This document shows, piece by piece, positions 1 to 11,828 of a stretch of 64,000 bases of DNA. This stretch comes from Escherichia coli (GTDB lineage Bacteria; Pseudomonadota; Gammaproteobacteria; Enterobacterales; Enterobacteriaceae), in assembly GCF_003018115.1 (NCBI RefSeq), contig NZ_CP027457.1; one strand, written 5' to 3'. Position 1 is the stretch's first letter, and every line of letters begins with the position of its first letter. The notes beneath the pieces were generated by a model, which saw only the letters and a program-made list of their open reading frames with translations, had not been told where the DNA came from and ran no database searches. The position numbers and the translations under genes are program-made.

Positions 1-134
1 TGCGTCTGTAATTCATTGAGATCGCGACGAATGGTTTCTTTACTGACCTTTAGCTGTTCAGAGAGAGCTTCCGTGGTCAGGCTGGTATGGTTCAGCAGCA
101 GGTCGACTATCGCTTGCTGGCGTGCCGCTTTCAT
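1..134 (-). CDS. fucR: DeoR-family activator of the fucose regulon, N-terminal 44 codons only (start codon complement of 132-134; gene runs off the window start)
   Basis: Reverse-strand translation gives MKAARQQAIVDLLLNHTSLTTEALSEQLKVSKETIRRDLNELQT, a DeoR-type HTH N-terminus; position after fucU fits fucPIKUR order. Confidence 0.8.
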   Translation of the reverse strand, partial: MKAARQQAIVDLLLNHTSLTTEALSEQLKVSKETIRRDLNELQT

Positions 135-191
135 ATTTTTCACCCCATCATTCGATAACCGCCCGCGTCATGCGGGCGTACCGGTATGAGA

Positions 192-614
192 TTACGGTGT
201 TACCCCTTTTTTTAAAAGAATATTCCCGTACTTCGCTCGTTCGCCTGTGATAACGATCGCAAAGGCTTTTTGCGCCCGTTCATAAAACGCAAAACGATTG
301 ATGCGGATGATGTCAGGACACGGGGCTTGTAGTGAAAGCGCATTACGGTAACGTTGTTCTACTTCAGGATCGAGAGTGTCACCTTCTACCGCCGCCATCA
401 TCACCAGCGGCGGTGCATAACTGTCCAGTTCAAATAACGGGATAATCGCCTGGAGCAAGTCGCTCACCAACAGGCCATCAGCGCGGATCACCTGCGGTCC
501 CATCGAATGGGCGGGAAAGTGAGCATCGGAAAAAATAATTTCATCTCCATGTCCCATCTCTGCCAGCACTTTCAATAGTTCGGGAGAAATTAACGGCGAA
601 ATTGTTTTCAGCAT
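192..614 (-). CDS. fucU: L-fucose mutarotase
   Basis: 140-aa ORF ([26 protein letters not shown]...), RbsD/FucU family; fuc operon synteny. Confidence 0.9.
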   Translation of the reverse strand: MLKTISPLISPELLKVLAEMGHGDEIIFSDAHFPAHSMGPQVIRADGLLVSDLLQAIIPLFELDSYAPPLVMMAAVEGDTLDPEVEQRYRNALSLQAPCPDIIRINRFAFYERAQKAFAIVITGERAKYGNILLKKGVTP

Positions 615-615
615 T

Positions 616-2034
616 TCACACTTCCTCTATAAATTCAGGTTCAGTTTGCGGGTAGAAATAACGGTACTGATAATGAATCTGTGCGCGGGCTTCTTCCGGG
701 CTGTTAAATTCCCCTACGCCATACCAACCGAACAGCGCAGCTCCTGCGACGGTCGTTTCGGCGTCGTCGAGAACTTTTACCGGAATATCAAGCATATTGG
801 CTTTAATCTGATTCCACAATGTGTTGCGACTTCCTCCACCGACTAACAATAATTCAGAGGCCTTAAAGTGCCCGATTTTTTCCAGCATCTGTAGATTGCG
901 CTGTAATTGCGCAGTTAACCCTTCCAGCGCCGCGCGATAGAAATGCCCCCGCGTGGTATTAAGCGTCACTCCTTGCCAGCCAGCGTTCTGACACGACAAT
1001 AAATCACACTGCATTTTTACGCCATCCGCGCCAGGCGCGATCAGACGAGCTTCTTCAATCAACATTTGCCAGGGTGTTTCAGCCGTCCAGAACAGTTTTC
1101 TCACCCATTCCAGCACGCCGGATGCCAGCCATTGCATACCTGGGTTATACAACCCTGCCTGGCTATCCAGTTCGCAGGTGGAACCGGCGTACTGACTTAA
1201 CAGCGAAGTATCAACCTGGGCGCTACGGACCATTAAAATTTCCCATGTACCGGAAGAGAGCACGGGTTCATTTTGGTCGGCACCAGCGCCAAAAAGGGCG
1301 AACTGGGTATCGTGACCTGCGGAAATCACCGGTATGCCAACGGGTAAGCCGAGCATTGCTGCGGCGCTGTTCTGTAGCGTACCAATCTGTTCACCCGCTT
1401 CCACCAGACGAGGGAAGAGTCGGCGTGGAATACCGGTGGCTTGTAAAATTTGCGGACTGAAATCGCGTTGCTGGATATCCAGCATCTGGCTGGTTCCGGC
1501 CATCGTGATATCAGTAGTGAATTCGCCGGTTAAACGGTGGTTAATCAGCGACGAAATAAAGAGCCAGGCGTGCGCGCGTTCCAGCAGTTGTGGATGATTT
1601 TCTTTCAACCACACCAACTTATATAACGTATTGAAACTAAAGGCTCCGACGCCAGAAATAGCCTGCAACCGCTGTGCGGAGATTAACCGTTCAATATTGT
1701 CCATAACCGCTGCTGTTCGCGGACATTTCCAGCTAATGATCGGATAGAGCAGATTACCTTGCTTATCTACCAGAGCGCCATCCACACCAAAGGTGGTGAC
1801 GGCGATACCGCGGATGTGGCATTCAGTCAGTTCACTATTGATTTGCCGACAGCAATCAGCAAAGCGTTGCAAAATGGCGTCTAAAGACCACTGGTGCCAG
1901 GTGTTGTTTTCCATCGCGATATCGCTGGCATTAGGCGTTGAGGCGCGGGCAACAATTTTGCCCTGCCGATTAACCGCGATGGCCCTGACATTGGTCGCGC
2001 CACAGTCGAGTACCAGGATAACTTCTTGTTTCAT
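616..2034 (-). CDS. fucK: L-fuculokinase (FGGY kinase); start taken at internal Met [18 protein letters not shown] track extends 10 codons further
   Basis: ORF-track protein with FGGY kinase N-terminal motif; follows fucI on the same strand. Confidence 0.9.
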   Translation of the reverse strand: MKQEVILVLDCGATNVRAIAVNRQGKIVARASTPNASDIAMENNTWHQWSLDAILQRFADCCRQINSELTECHIRGIAVTTFGVDGALVDKQGNLLYPIISWKCPRTAAVMDNIERLISAQRLQAISGVGAFSFNTLYKLVWLKENHPQLLERAHAWLFISSLINHRLTGEFTTDITMAGTSQMLDIQQRDFSPQILQATGIPRRLFPRLVEAGEQIGTLQNSAAAMLGLPVGIPVISAGHDTQFALFGAGADQNEPVLSSGTWEILMVRSAQVDTSLLSQYAGSTCELDSQAGLYNPGMQWLASGVLEWVRKLFWTAETPWQMLIEEARLIAPGADGVKMQCDLLSCQNAGWQGVTLNTTRGHFYRAALEGLTAQLQRNLQMLEKIGHFKASELLLVGGGSRNTLWNQIKANMLDIPVKVLDDAETTVAGAALFGWYGVGEFNSPEEARAQIHYQYRYFYPQTEPEFIEEV

Positions 2035-2142
2035 AATCGCTCCTGCAATATAGCCGGATAACATTGCTTATCCGGCTAACCACTCTTGCTTGTTCAGGCC
2101 CGGTAGCCGGAGCGACCGGGCATCACATCAGGGAGTAATGTA

Positions 2143-3918
2143 TTAACGCTTGTACAACGGACCGTAGTTCTGGCAAGCGCGGTAATCCTGGCCTTCAATA
2201 TCCATGCCGTGCGCGGCCCAGGCAGAAGGACGATACACTTTGGTCTCTTCAACGTTGTGCATACATACCGGGATACGCAGCATGGAGGCGAGAGTGATAA
2301 AGTCTGCGCCAACGTGGCCGATGGTCAGAACCCCATGGTTAGCGCCCCAGTTCGCCATTACCGAGTACACATCCGTAAACGGCCCTTTACCGGTGAGGCG
2401 CGGTGCAAACCAGGTGGTTGGCCAGGTTGAGTTGGTGCGTTTGTTGAGGATGTCATGCACATCCTTCGGCAATTCCACGCTCCAGCCTTCCGCGATTTGC
2501 AGTACCGGTCCCAGGCCTTTGATGATGTTGACACGAGTCATGGTGAACGGGACGCCGCCTTCGGTAAGGAAGCGGGAAGAGTAACCGCCGCCACGGAAGT
2601 ATTCGTGGATCGCCGGGCACCATTCGGTAGCGGCGAGGCAAGCGTCAGCCTCTTGCTGAGAGATTTCCCAGTGTGGCTTCATCGTCGGGTTACCTTCGCT
2701 GTCGCGTTGTTTACAGGAACCGTCCAGCGCAGCAGAACCTGAGTTGATCAAATGGATGATGCCGTGTTCTGCCAGTCCATCGAGTTTATGCCCCGTTACA
2801 CGCTCAATTGCTTCTGGTGACCAGTAGGTACGCACATCGGCAAATACCTGAGCGGTGCCGGTGAGCTGGTGACCCATTAGCATTGCCACGCCGTTAAGAC
2901 TGTCGTTTTCGGTCGCCACGACAAAGGGTTCGCGCACGCCATTCCAGTCAAATGAACTGTTGAGGATCGCTTCGGCGGTGTCACCATTGGGATATTGATC
3001 GGTCCAGTGACGTTGCCCCTGGAAGCCCGCAGCGATGGCGTTGTAGCCAAGTGATTCTTCCACGCGACCAATATCGGCCAGTTTGCTGTTGCCTTGCATC
3101 ATGTCGCGGATACACATCGCCATCAGTAAACTTTCGCGCAGAACTGCGCGGCTTTGCTCGGCATTGCGTTGATACTGTTTGTTATTTTCATCTTCGCCAT
3201 AGCGGAAGTTTTTATCAGCCCAGGCCAGTGCCATTTCCAGTTCGGCTTCGTCGTAAATCTTCTGATCAATACGGCGACGCAGTTCGGTCATATCCACCGC
3301 CTGGACTTTCATTCCCAGCCAGGATTCAAAGAAGTTGTGATCAACAATAGAACCGGCGATACCCATCGAAACGCCGCCCAGCGACAGATAGCTTTTACCT
3401 TTCATGCTGGCGACGGCCAAACCGGCGCGGGCAAAGCGCAGCAGTTTTTCTTCAACATCGGCAGGAATCGATGTGTCATCGGCATCCTGAACGTCATGAC
3501 CGTAAATGGAGAATGCCGGGATGCCTTTCTGGCTGTGAGCTGCCAGAGCCGCTGCCAGGTAAACAGCGCCGGGACGTTCAGTGCCGTTAAAGCCCCAAAT
3601 GGCTTTCGGGCGGGTTGGATCCATGTCGATGGTTTCACTGCCATAGCACCAGCAAGGCGTTACCGTAATGGTGAGGCCTACATTCTGGCTGCTGAATTTT
3701 TCTTCGCAAGCAGCGGCTTCAGCCATACCCGCGATACAGGTATCGGAAATGACACACTCGACGGCAGCTCCGCAGGCATGGCGCAGTTTCTCGGTCAGCA
3801 GTGCGGCCGTAGCTTTCGCCATATTCATTGTTTGTTCTTCAAGCGACTCACGAACACCCATGCGACGACCGTCAATAACCGGGCGGATACCAATTTTCGG
3901 TAAGCTGATTTTTTTCAT
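2143..3918 (-). CDS. fucI: L-fucose isomerase
   Basis: 591-aa [22 protein letters not shown]...; length and sequence typical of FucI. Confidence 0.92.
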   Translation of the reverse strand: MKKISLPKIGIRPVIDGRRMGVRESLEEQTMNMAKATAALLTEKLRHACGAAVECVISDTCIAGMAEAAACEEKFSSQNVGLTITVTPCWCYGSETIDMDPTRPKAIWGFNGTERPGAVYLAAALAAHSQKGIPAFSIYGHDVQDADDTSIPADVEEKLLRFARAGLAVASMKGKSYLSLGGVSMGIAGSIVDHNFFESWLGMKVQAVDMTELRRRIDQKIYDEAELEMALAWADKNFRYGEDENNKQYQRNAEQSRAVLRESLLMAMCIRDMMQGNSKLADIGRVEESLGYNAIAAGFQGQRHWTDQYPNGDTAEAILNSSFDWNGVREPFVVATENDSLNGVAMLMGHQLTGTAQVFADVRTYWSPEAIERVTGHKLDGLAEHGIIHLINSGSAALDGSCKQRDSEGNPTMKPHWEISQQEADACLAATEWCPAIHEYFRGGGYSSRFLTEGGVPFTMTRVNIIKGLGPVLQIAEGWSVELPKDVHDILNKRTNSTWPTTWFAPRLTGKGPFTDVYSVMANWGANHGVLTIGHVGADFITLASMLRIPVCMHNVEETKVYRPSAWAAHGMDIEGQDYRACQNYGPLYKR

Positions 3919-3950
3919 TACAGATTCCTCACTTTATTCGGAAAATATGT

Positions 3951-5267
3951 TCAGTTAGTTGCCGTTTGAGAACGGAAACGGGCAAAGATAAAGATGACCG
4001 CGAAGCAGAGTGCGGGGATCAGTTCAGCAGTGGGGATGTTGCCCGCCGCGTCACTGACAAAACCCATGACCGGAGTGACAATACCGCCGCCAATGATGGT
4101 CATAACGATGAAGGACGAACCGTATTTGGTGTCCTGGCCGAGATTCTTAATGCCCAGCGAGAAGATTGTTGGGTACTGAATCGACATAAAGGCGCTGCAT
4201 AAAGTCAGGGCTATTAAGCCCACATGACCGCCAGCGAAGGCTGAGATCAGGCACAGTGCCATAGCGATTAATGCGTAGGCGGCCAGGACTTTGTGTGGTG
4301 CGAAGCGACTGATGAGCCAGGTACCGGTGAAACGACCAATAAAGAAGCACACCATGGTTCCGGTTAAATAGTTAGCGGCAAAGCCTGCAGTCATACCTGG
4401 AATTTCTTCTACAGCGTAGCGAATCAAATAGCTCCAGCAGGCCGTTTGTGCGCCAACGTAGCAGAATTGCGCTAATACTGCCCAGCGCCAGTGGCGAATA
4501 CGCGCCAGGCGAGAAAGCGATGCGGAGAACGATCCTTGTTTGGCGTCACTGTGATTATCACTCTGCAATGCCGGGAATTTCGTCAGCATGATCAGCAGGG
4601 CGACCAGTAACACGATAGCCACGATGATCATATAAGGTGTCTGTACCGATAATACCAGGCTGTGTTTATACGCACTCAATTGCTCTGGAGACATTTTATC
4701 GAGAACGTCTTGCGATTGATGTGGCACGTTAGACAAAATAAGACTTTGCCCAAAGACAACCGCGATAATTGCGCCAAATGAGTTAAATGTTTGCGCAAGA
4801 TTTAAGCGGAAGTGACCACTGCTTTCCGGCCCTAATACCGTAACAAAAGGGTTTGCGGCAGTTTCCAGACAACCTAATCCGGCTGCAATAATAAATAGGC
4901 CAACTAAAAATAAGGTGTAGTTCATTATTTCTGCGGCGGGCCAGAATAATGCAGCACCCAAGGCATATAAAAATAACCCGGTAATAATTCCTGCTTTATA
5001 ACTGAGTTTTTTCATCAATATCCCAGCAGGAATTGGGATAATGAAATAACCAAAGTAAAAGGCCGATTGGATCAGGCCAGCCTGGAAATTTGTCAGCGTA
5101 AAAGCCTGCTGGAATTGAGGTAATAAAATGTCGTTAAGGTTATTGGCTACCGCCCAAAGAAAAAACAGTGAGCACAGCAGCGCGAATGGAATAATGTAAC
5201 TTCTGCTTTTCCCTGCATCTTTATCTACCGCACGGTAACTCTGCGTTTGTATTGATGTGTTTCCCAT
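3951..5267 (-). CDS. fucP: L-fucose:H+ symporter (MFS)
   Basis: 438-aa polytopic membrane ORF; first gene of fucPIKUR. Confidence 0.9.
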   Translation of the reverse strand: MGNTSIQTQSYRAVDKDAGKSRSYIIPFALLCSLFFLWAVANNLNDILLPQFQQAFTLTNFQAGLIQSAFYFGYFIIPIPAGILMKKLSYKAGIITGLFLYALGAALFWPAAEIMNYTLFLVGLFIIAAGLGCLETAANPFVTVLGPESSGHFRLNLAQTFNSFGAIIAVVFGQSLILSNVPHQSQDVLDKMSPEQLSAYKHSLVLSVQTPYMIIVAIVLLVALLIMLTKFPALQSDNHSDAKQGSFSASLSRLARIRHWRWAVLAQFCYVGAQTACWSYLIRYAVEEIPGMTAGFAANYLTGTMVCFFIGRFTGTWLISRFAPHKVLAAYALIAMALCLISAFAGGHVGLIALTLCSAFMSIQYPTIFSLGIKNLGQDTKYGSSFIVMTIIGGGIVTPVMGFVSDAAGNIPTAELIPALCFAVIFIFARFRSQTATN

Positions 5268-5424
5268 AGCATCCTCTTAGGTTCAGAAGCTTAAGCACGT
5301 AATCGGTTATGTTTTCAAAAGTGCAAAACCAGCGAGTTCGGGCTTCATATCAGTGAATATTTGCCTGTCTGAAATGAACTCATGGATTCATTTTCAAATA
5401 AAAAACGCTCTGTAATATGACGGC

Positions 5425-5624
5425 GGTCACACTTATTAGCTGGAAGGTGACTTTATGTGACTACCATCACTTTAATAATCGAAATTTCATGCCCGTTTCA
5501 GAAAATAAATCATAAAAAACACAAATCAGATGACCGTATTAATTGTTTGTGCCGAAAACGGTCATTCCGGGCTTGGAGGAATAGAAAATGACCGTTTTGA
5601 TAAATATTTTTAAGAGCGGTCATT
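5425..5624. promoter_or_regulatory. fucPIKUR/fucAO divergent control region: repeated ATGACCGT / ACGGTCAT motifs plus CRP-like TGTGA-N6-TCACT (5456-5471)
   Basis: Motif copies read at 5425-5430, 5530-5537, 5558-5565, 5588-5595, 5617-5624 in alternating orientation; assignment as FucR operators is inferred. Confidence 0.5.
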
Positions 5625-5812
5625 TTTAATGGGGTTATAAAAAGAGAACTTGCAGTTATTTACTGTGATTAGTTGAACCAGGTCACAAAATATAAGCTTG
5701 TGAATTTCTTTCTGGTTAATCAGGAAGAAGATGGTGGGTAATTAAACGGCTAATTCAATAGTGTGAAAGGAACAACATTATTGCCCTGTTTTGAATCAGA
5801 GAGAGGTAGCTA

Positions 5813-6460
5813 ATGGAACGAAATAAACTTGCTCGTCAGATTATTGACACTTGCCTGGAAATGACCCGCCTGGGACTGAACCAGGGGACAGCGGGGAACG
5901 TCAGTGTACGTTATCAGGATGGGATGCTGATTACGCCTACAGGCATTCCATATGAAAAACTGACGGAGTCGCATATTGTCTTTATTGATGGCAACGGTAA
6001 ACATGAGGAAGGAAAGCTCCCCTCAAGCGAGTGGCGTTTCCATATGGCGGCCTATCAAAGCAGACCGGATGCCAACGCGGTTGTTCACAATCATGCCGTT
6101 CATTGTACAGCAGTTTCCATTCTTAACCGACCGATCCCCGCTATTCACTACATGATTGCGGCGGCTGGCGGTAATTCTATTCCTTGCGCGCCTTATGCGA
6201 CCTTTGGAACACGCGAACTTTCTGAACATGTTGCGCTGGCTCTCAAAAATCGTAAGGCAACTTTGTTACAACATCATGGGCTTATCGCTTGTGAGGTGAA
6301 TCTGGAAAAAGCGTTATGGCTGGCGCATGAAGTTGAAGTGCTGGCGCAACTTTACCTGACGACCCTGGCGATTACGGACCCGGTGCCAGTACTGAGCGAT
6401 GAAGAGATTGCCGTAGTGCTGGAGAAATTCAAAACCTATGGGTTACGGATTGAAGAGTAA
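5813..6460 (+). CDS. fucA: L-fuculose-1-phosphate aldolase
   Basis: 215-aa ORF MERNKLARQIIDTCLEMTRLGLNQGTAGNVS..., class II aldolase. Confidence 0.92.
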   Translation: MERNKLARQIIDTCLEMTRLGLNQGTAGNVSVRYQDGMLITPTGIPYEKLTESHIVFIDGNGKHEEGKLPSSEWRFHMAAYQSRPDANAVVHNHAVHCTAVSILNRPIPAIHYMIAAAGGNSIPCAPYATFGTRELSEHVALALKNRKATLLQHHGLIACEVNLEKALWLAHEVEVLAQLYLTTLAITDPVPVLSDEEIAVVLEKFKTYGLRIEE

Positions 6461-6487
6461 TTTCGTAAAGCAACAAGGAGAAGGATG

Positions 6488-7636
6488 ATGGCTAACAGAA
6501 TGATTCTGAACGAAACGGCATGGTTTGGTCGGGGTGCTGTTGGGGCTTTAACCGATGAGGTGAAACGCCGTGGTTATCAGAAGGCGCTGATCGTCACCGA
6601 TAAAACGCTGGTGCAATGCGGCGTGGTGGCGAAAGTGATCGATAAGATGGATGCTGCAGGGCTGGCATGGGCGATTTACGACGGCGTAGTGCCCAACCCA
6701 ACAATTACTGTCGTCAAAGAAGGGCTCGGTGTATTCCAGAATAGCGGCGCGGATTACCTGATCGCTATTGGTGGTGGTTCTCCACAGGATACTTGTAAAG
6801 CGATTGGCATTATCAGCAACAACCCAGAGTTTGCCGATGTGCGTAGCCTGGAAGGACTTTCCCCGACCAATAAACCCAGTGTACCGATTCTGGCAATCCC
6901 CACCACAGCAGGCACTGCGGCAGAAGTGACCATTAACTACGTGATCACTGACGAAGAAAAACGGCGCAAGTTTGTTTGCGTTGATCCGCATGATATCCCG
7001 CAGGTGGCGTTTATTGACGCTGATATGATGGATGGTATGCCTCCAGCGCTGAAAGCTGCGACGGGTGTCGATGCGCTCACTCATGCGATTGAGGGGTATA
7101 TTACCCGTGGCGCGTGGGCGCTAACTGATGCGCTGCACATTAAAGCGATTGAAATCATTGCTGGGGCGCTGCGAGGATCGGTTGCTGGTGAAAAGGATGC
7201 CGGAGAAGAAATGGCGCTCGGGCAGTATGTTGCGGGTATGGGCTTCTCGAATGTTGGGTTAGGGTTGGTGCATGGTATGGCGCATCCACTGGGCGCGTTT
7301 TACAACACTCCACACGGTGTTGCGAACGCCATCCTGTTACCGCATGTCATGCGCTATAACGCTGACTTTACCGGTGAGAAGTACCGCGATATCGCGCGCG
7401 TTATGGGCGTGAAAGTGGAAGGTATGAGCCTGGAAGAGGCGCGTAATGCCGCTGTTGAAGCGGTGTTTGCTCTCAACCGTGATGTCGGTATTCCGCCACA
7501 TTTGCGTGATGTTGGGGTACGCAAGGAAGACATTCCGGCACTGGCGCAGGCGGCACTGGATGATGTTTGTACCGGTGGCAACCCGCGTGAAGCAACGCTT
7601 GAGGATATTGTAGAGCTTTACCATACCGCCTGGTAA
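6488..7636 (+). CDS. fucO: L-1,2-propanediol oxidoreductase (lactaldehyde reductase), iron-type alcohol dehydrogenase
   Basis: ORF MANRMILNETAWFGRGAVGAL...; follows fucA. Confidence 0.92.
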   Translation: MANRMILNETAWFGRGAVGALTDEVKRRGYQKALIVTDKTLVQCGVVAKVIDKMDAAGLAWAIYDGVVPNPTITVVKEGLGVFQNSGADYLIAIGGGSPQDTCKAIGIISNNPEFADVRSLEGLSPTNKPSVPILAIPTTAGTAAEVTINYVITDEEKRRKFVCVDPHDIPQVAFIDADMMDGMPPALKAATGVDALTHAIEGYITRGAWALTDALHIKAIEIIAGALRGSVAGEKDAGEEMALGQYVAGMGFSNVGLGLVHGMAHPLGAFYNTPHGVANAILLPHVMRYNADFTGEKYRDIARVMGVKVEGMSLEEARNAAVEAVFALNRDVGIPPHLRDVGVRKEDIPALAQAALDDVCTGGNPREATLEDIVELYHTAW

Positions 7637-7654
7637 ATGCGCTGATGTGATAAT

Positions 7655-7686
7655 GCCGGATACGACGTTTGCGGCGTATCCGGCTC
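7655..7686. terminator. REP-like perfect hairpin (GCCGGATACG / CGTATCCGGC stem) between convergent fucO and xni
   Basis: 10-bp perfect inverted repeat at 7655-7664 / 7675-7684 read directly. Confidence 0.5.
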
Positions 7687-7690
7687 GCCG

Positions 7691-8557
<867 letters not shown>

Positions 8558-9925
8558 TTAATCGCAGGCAACGATCTTCATTGCCAGGCCGCCGCGAGAG
8601 GTTTCGCGGTACTTGGCGTTCATATCTTTACCTGTTTCGTACATGGTTTCGATAACTTTATCGAGGCAGACGCGCGGCTCGCTGGTACGGCGCAGCGCCA
8701 TACGTGCGGCGTTCACCGCTTTTACTGCCGCAATGGCGTTACGCTCGATGCATGGCACCTGTACCTGTCCGGCGACCGGATCACACGTCAGACCGAGGTT
8801 GTGCTCCATGGCGATTTCCGCCGCGATGCACACCTGCGCCGGGCTTGCACCTAACAGTTCTGCCAGACCAGCCGCCGCCATTGAGCACGCCACACCAACT
8901 TCACCCTGGCAACCCACTTCGGCACCAGAAATCGACGCGTTCATCTTATAAAGAGAACCAATGGCGCTGGCTACCAGCAGGTAACGAGCCAGTGAGTTAG
9001 CGTTCACTTCGCGGATAAACTTATCGTAGTACGCCAGTACAGCCGGGATAATCCCGCACGCACCGTTAGTCGGCGCAGTCACCACGCGACCGCCAGCAGC
9101 GTTCTCTTCGTTCACTGCCAGTGCAAACATGTTGATCCAGTCAACAACCGCCATCGGGTCAGTGGTGGTTTTATCCTGGCTGACCAGCATCCGGCGTAGT
9201 GCCGCAGCACGGCGTGGTACGCGCAGTTTGCCAGGCAACACGCCTTCGGTGGATATACCGCGCTCAATACCGCCGCGCATGACTTCCCAGACGTTCGCCA
9301 GGTGCTGTTCCAGCTCTTCTTTGCTGTGCAGCGCCAGCTCGTTTTTCATCATCAGGCCAGAGAGTGACAGCCCGGTTTCCTGACAATGTTTTTGCAGATC
9401 GGCTGCTGAACTGTACGGATAAGGAACTTCAACCGGTGCGCTATCCTGCTGGCCAAAATGCTCTTCATCAACGATAAAGCCACCGCCAATAGAGTAGTAA
9501 GTCTGACTGTAAACGACTTTATCACCCGCCAGCGCGGTAATGCGCATACCATTTTCATGCAGAGAAAGGTTGTCGGCATGGAAGTTCATGCACTGATCAA
9601 CTGGGAACTCCACTTCATGCTGACCGTTTGCCAGCATCAGGCGACCATGAGTATTCACATCCTGAATAAAACCAGGGATGGAATCGATATCCACGGTATC
9701 CGGCAGGTTACCCGCCAGGCCCATAATAATGGCGATATCAGTGTGGTGGCCTTTACCAGTCAGAGAGAGCGAGCCGTACACGTCAACCACCACGCGGGTC
9801 ACGTCTTTAAGCAGGTTACGGGCAATCAGATCGTCGGTAAATTGTTTACCCGCTTTCATTGGTCCAACGGTATGAGAACTGGAAGGGCCAATGCCGATTT
9901 TGAAAATATCGAATACGCTAATCAT
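8558..9925 (-). CDS. sdaB: L-serine dehydratase 2
   Basis: 455-aa ORF MISVFDIFKIGIGPSSSHTVGPM..., Fe-S L-serine dehydratase family. Confidence 0.92.
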   Translation of the reverse strand: MISVFDIFKIGIGPSSSHTVGPMKAGKQFTDDLIARNLLKDVTRVVVDVYGSLSLTGKGHHTDIAIIMGLAGNLPDTVDIDSIPGFIQDVNTHGRLMLANGQHEVEFPVDQCMNFHADNLSLHENGMRITALAGDKVVYSQTYYSIGGGFIVDEEHFGQQDSAPVEVPYPYSSAADLQKHCQETGLSLSGLMMKNELALHSKEELEQHLANVWEVMRGGIERGISTEGVLPGKLRVPRRAAALRRMLVSQDKTTTDPMAVVDWINMFALAVNEENAAGGRVVTAPTNGACGIIPAVLAYYDKFIREVNANSLARYLLVASAIGSLYKMNASISGAEVGCQGEVGVACSMAAAGLAELLGASPAQVCIAAEIAMEHNLGLTCDPVAGQVQVPCIERNAIAAVKAVNAARMALRRTSEPRVCLDKVIETMYETGKDMNAKYRETSRGGLAMKIVACD

Positions 9926-9982
9926 AGGAAATACATCGCGTTAAAACGGAGGAAGCGCCGCCCGAAAGCGGCGCGAAAGGAC

Positions 9983-11272
9983 TTAGCTGAACAGAGAGTA
10001 GAAGATTGCGGAGATTGCAATCAGACCCATCACGACAACGAATACGTTGCTGATGTGACCGCTGTACTTACGCATTGCCGGTACTTTCTGAATTGCGTAC
10101 ATCGGCATCAGGAACAGGATCATCGCGATGATTGGGCCGCCCAGGGTTTCAATCATACCCAGGATGCTCGGGTTCAGGGTGGCAACAATCCAGGTCGTTA
10201 CCAGCATGAACAGCGCAGTGATACGGTTCAGCTTGTTGATTTCAATAGACTTACCTTTACCACGCAGAGATTTAATCACCATACCGTTGAAGCCTTCACG
10301 TGCGCCCAGGTAGTGGCCGAGGAAGGATTTGGTGATAGCGATAATCGCGATAATCGGAGCCATCCACGCGATAACCGGTGCGTTAAAGTGGTTAGCCAGG
10401 TAAGACAGAATCGAGATGTTCTGCTCTTTAGCCGCAGCCAGGTCTGCCGGAGTCAGGCTCAGTACGCAGCTGAAGACGAAGAACATTACGGTCAGCACCA
10501 TCATGATGTGTGCGAATGCCAGGATCTTCGAGCATTTCTGTTCTGCCATATCGCCGTACTCTTCACGCTTCGCAACGGCGAAAGAAGAGATGATCGGAGA
10601 GTGGTTGAACGAGAACACCATTACCGGAATTGCCAGCCACAGGGTCATCCACAGACCGTTTCCGGTTGCAGATGCAGTGTCCAGAGACAGCGTTTCCAGT
10701 GCTGCGCCGTTCCACTGCGGGATCAGGTACAGAGCCAGCAGCATCAGTACGCCAACAAACGGGAATACCAGAATACTCATCGCTTTAACGATCATCTGCT
10801 CACCGAAGCGAACGATGGTCATCATACCCACGATCAGGATCAGCGACAGAATCGCACGCGGCGGTGGCGTCATACCCAGCTGGTGAGACATGAAGCTTTC
10901 AACTGTATTGGTGATTGCCACGCTATAAACCAGCAGGATCGGGTAGATAGCGAAGAAGTAGAGCAGGGTAATCAGTTTACCTGCGCCAATACCAAAGTGT
11001 TCTTCTACAACCTCGGTGATGTCTTCGCCCGGGTTTTTACCAGACAGTACGAAGCGAGTCAGGCCGCGGTGAGCAAAAAACGTCATCGGGAACGCAAGGA
11101 TAGCCATGATGATCAGCGGGATCATACCGCCAACACCGGCGTTGATTGGCAGGAACAGCACGCCCGCGCCGATTGCCGTGCCGTAAAGGCCCAGCATCCA
11201 CATGGTGTCTGTCTTGCGCCAGGCACTACGAGAGTCTTTCGACGCAATCGTGCTGGTTTGAGTCGTTTCCAT
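9983..11272 (-). CDS. sdaC: serine:H+ symporter
   Basis: 429-aa membrane ORF upstream of sdaB. Confidence 0.9.
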   Translation of the reverse strand: METTQTSTIASKDSRSAWRKTDTMWMLGLYGTAIGAGVLFLPINAGVGGMIPLIIMAILAFPMTFFAHRGLTRFVLSGKNPGEDITEVVEEHFGIGAGKLITLLYFFAIYPILLVYSVAITNTVESFMSHQLGMTPPPRAILSLILIVGMMTIVRFGEQMIVKAMSILVFPFVGVLMLLALYLIPQWNGAALETLSLDTASATGNGLWMTLWLAIPVMVFSFNHSPIISSFAVAKREEYGDMAEQKCSKILAFAHIMMVLTVMFFVFSCVLSLTPADLAAAKEQNISILSYLANHFNAPVIAWMAPIIAIIAITKSFLGHYLGAREGFNGMVIKSLRGKGKSIEINKLNRITALFMLVTTWIVATLNPSILGMIETLGGPIIAMILFLMPMYAIQKVPAMRKYSGHISNVFVVVMGLIAISAIFYSLFS

Positions 11273-11828
11273 CTATTTCTCCTGGAGGAATGCAAATAAT
11301 TCAGCTTTTAGCCAGTTCAGCCCGGGAAGGTGCCTGACCGTAAAAATGAAATCTGTCTATCGGCGATGGCTTAATCATTTACCGCCGTAATAATTTGAGG
11401 GCGGAAAGATACACACAAGTTATGTATCTATCAGTGATCTTGATCCCAAATACAATAATCTACTTGGAAGATAGATTATCCCAACGCTTTACTCTGTAAA
11501 TCAAAAGTAAAAGAGAATTTAAGGGCAATATTTTCCCATTAAACGACATCTGACTTCTTCCGGGGCGCGCAATATATGTAGGTTGAACTGAAAAAATCAA
11601 TACTTTTAGTTAATCATGGCGATAATTTCTTTTTCATAACGATAAAATACGGTTTATGAAAATAGGGAAACGTTTGCGTTGCAATATAAATTGTATGACA
11701 TATTAACTGTGATGATATTTGTCGCGTGAGGGTGGTAAGAAACATTTATATAACAAATGAAATGAGTTGATGAGTAAGTGACCAAAAACGAGAAAACCCG
11801 GCAACAAACGTCACCGGGGGAGCGGAGA

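Noticed and set aside
9458-11299. 613-aa plus-strand ORF antisense to sdaB and sdaC
   Set aside because: It is a long shadow ORF opposite two well-supported genes, with His/Arg/Gln-rich low-complexity composition typical of antisense frames. Other large ORFs antisense to fucI, eno, ygcU and cysI (3154-3903, 31039-32268, 40248-41213, 49236-50288) were rejected for the same reason.
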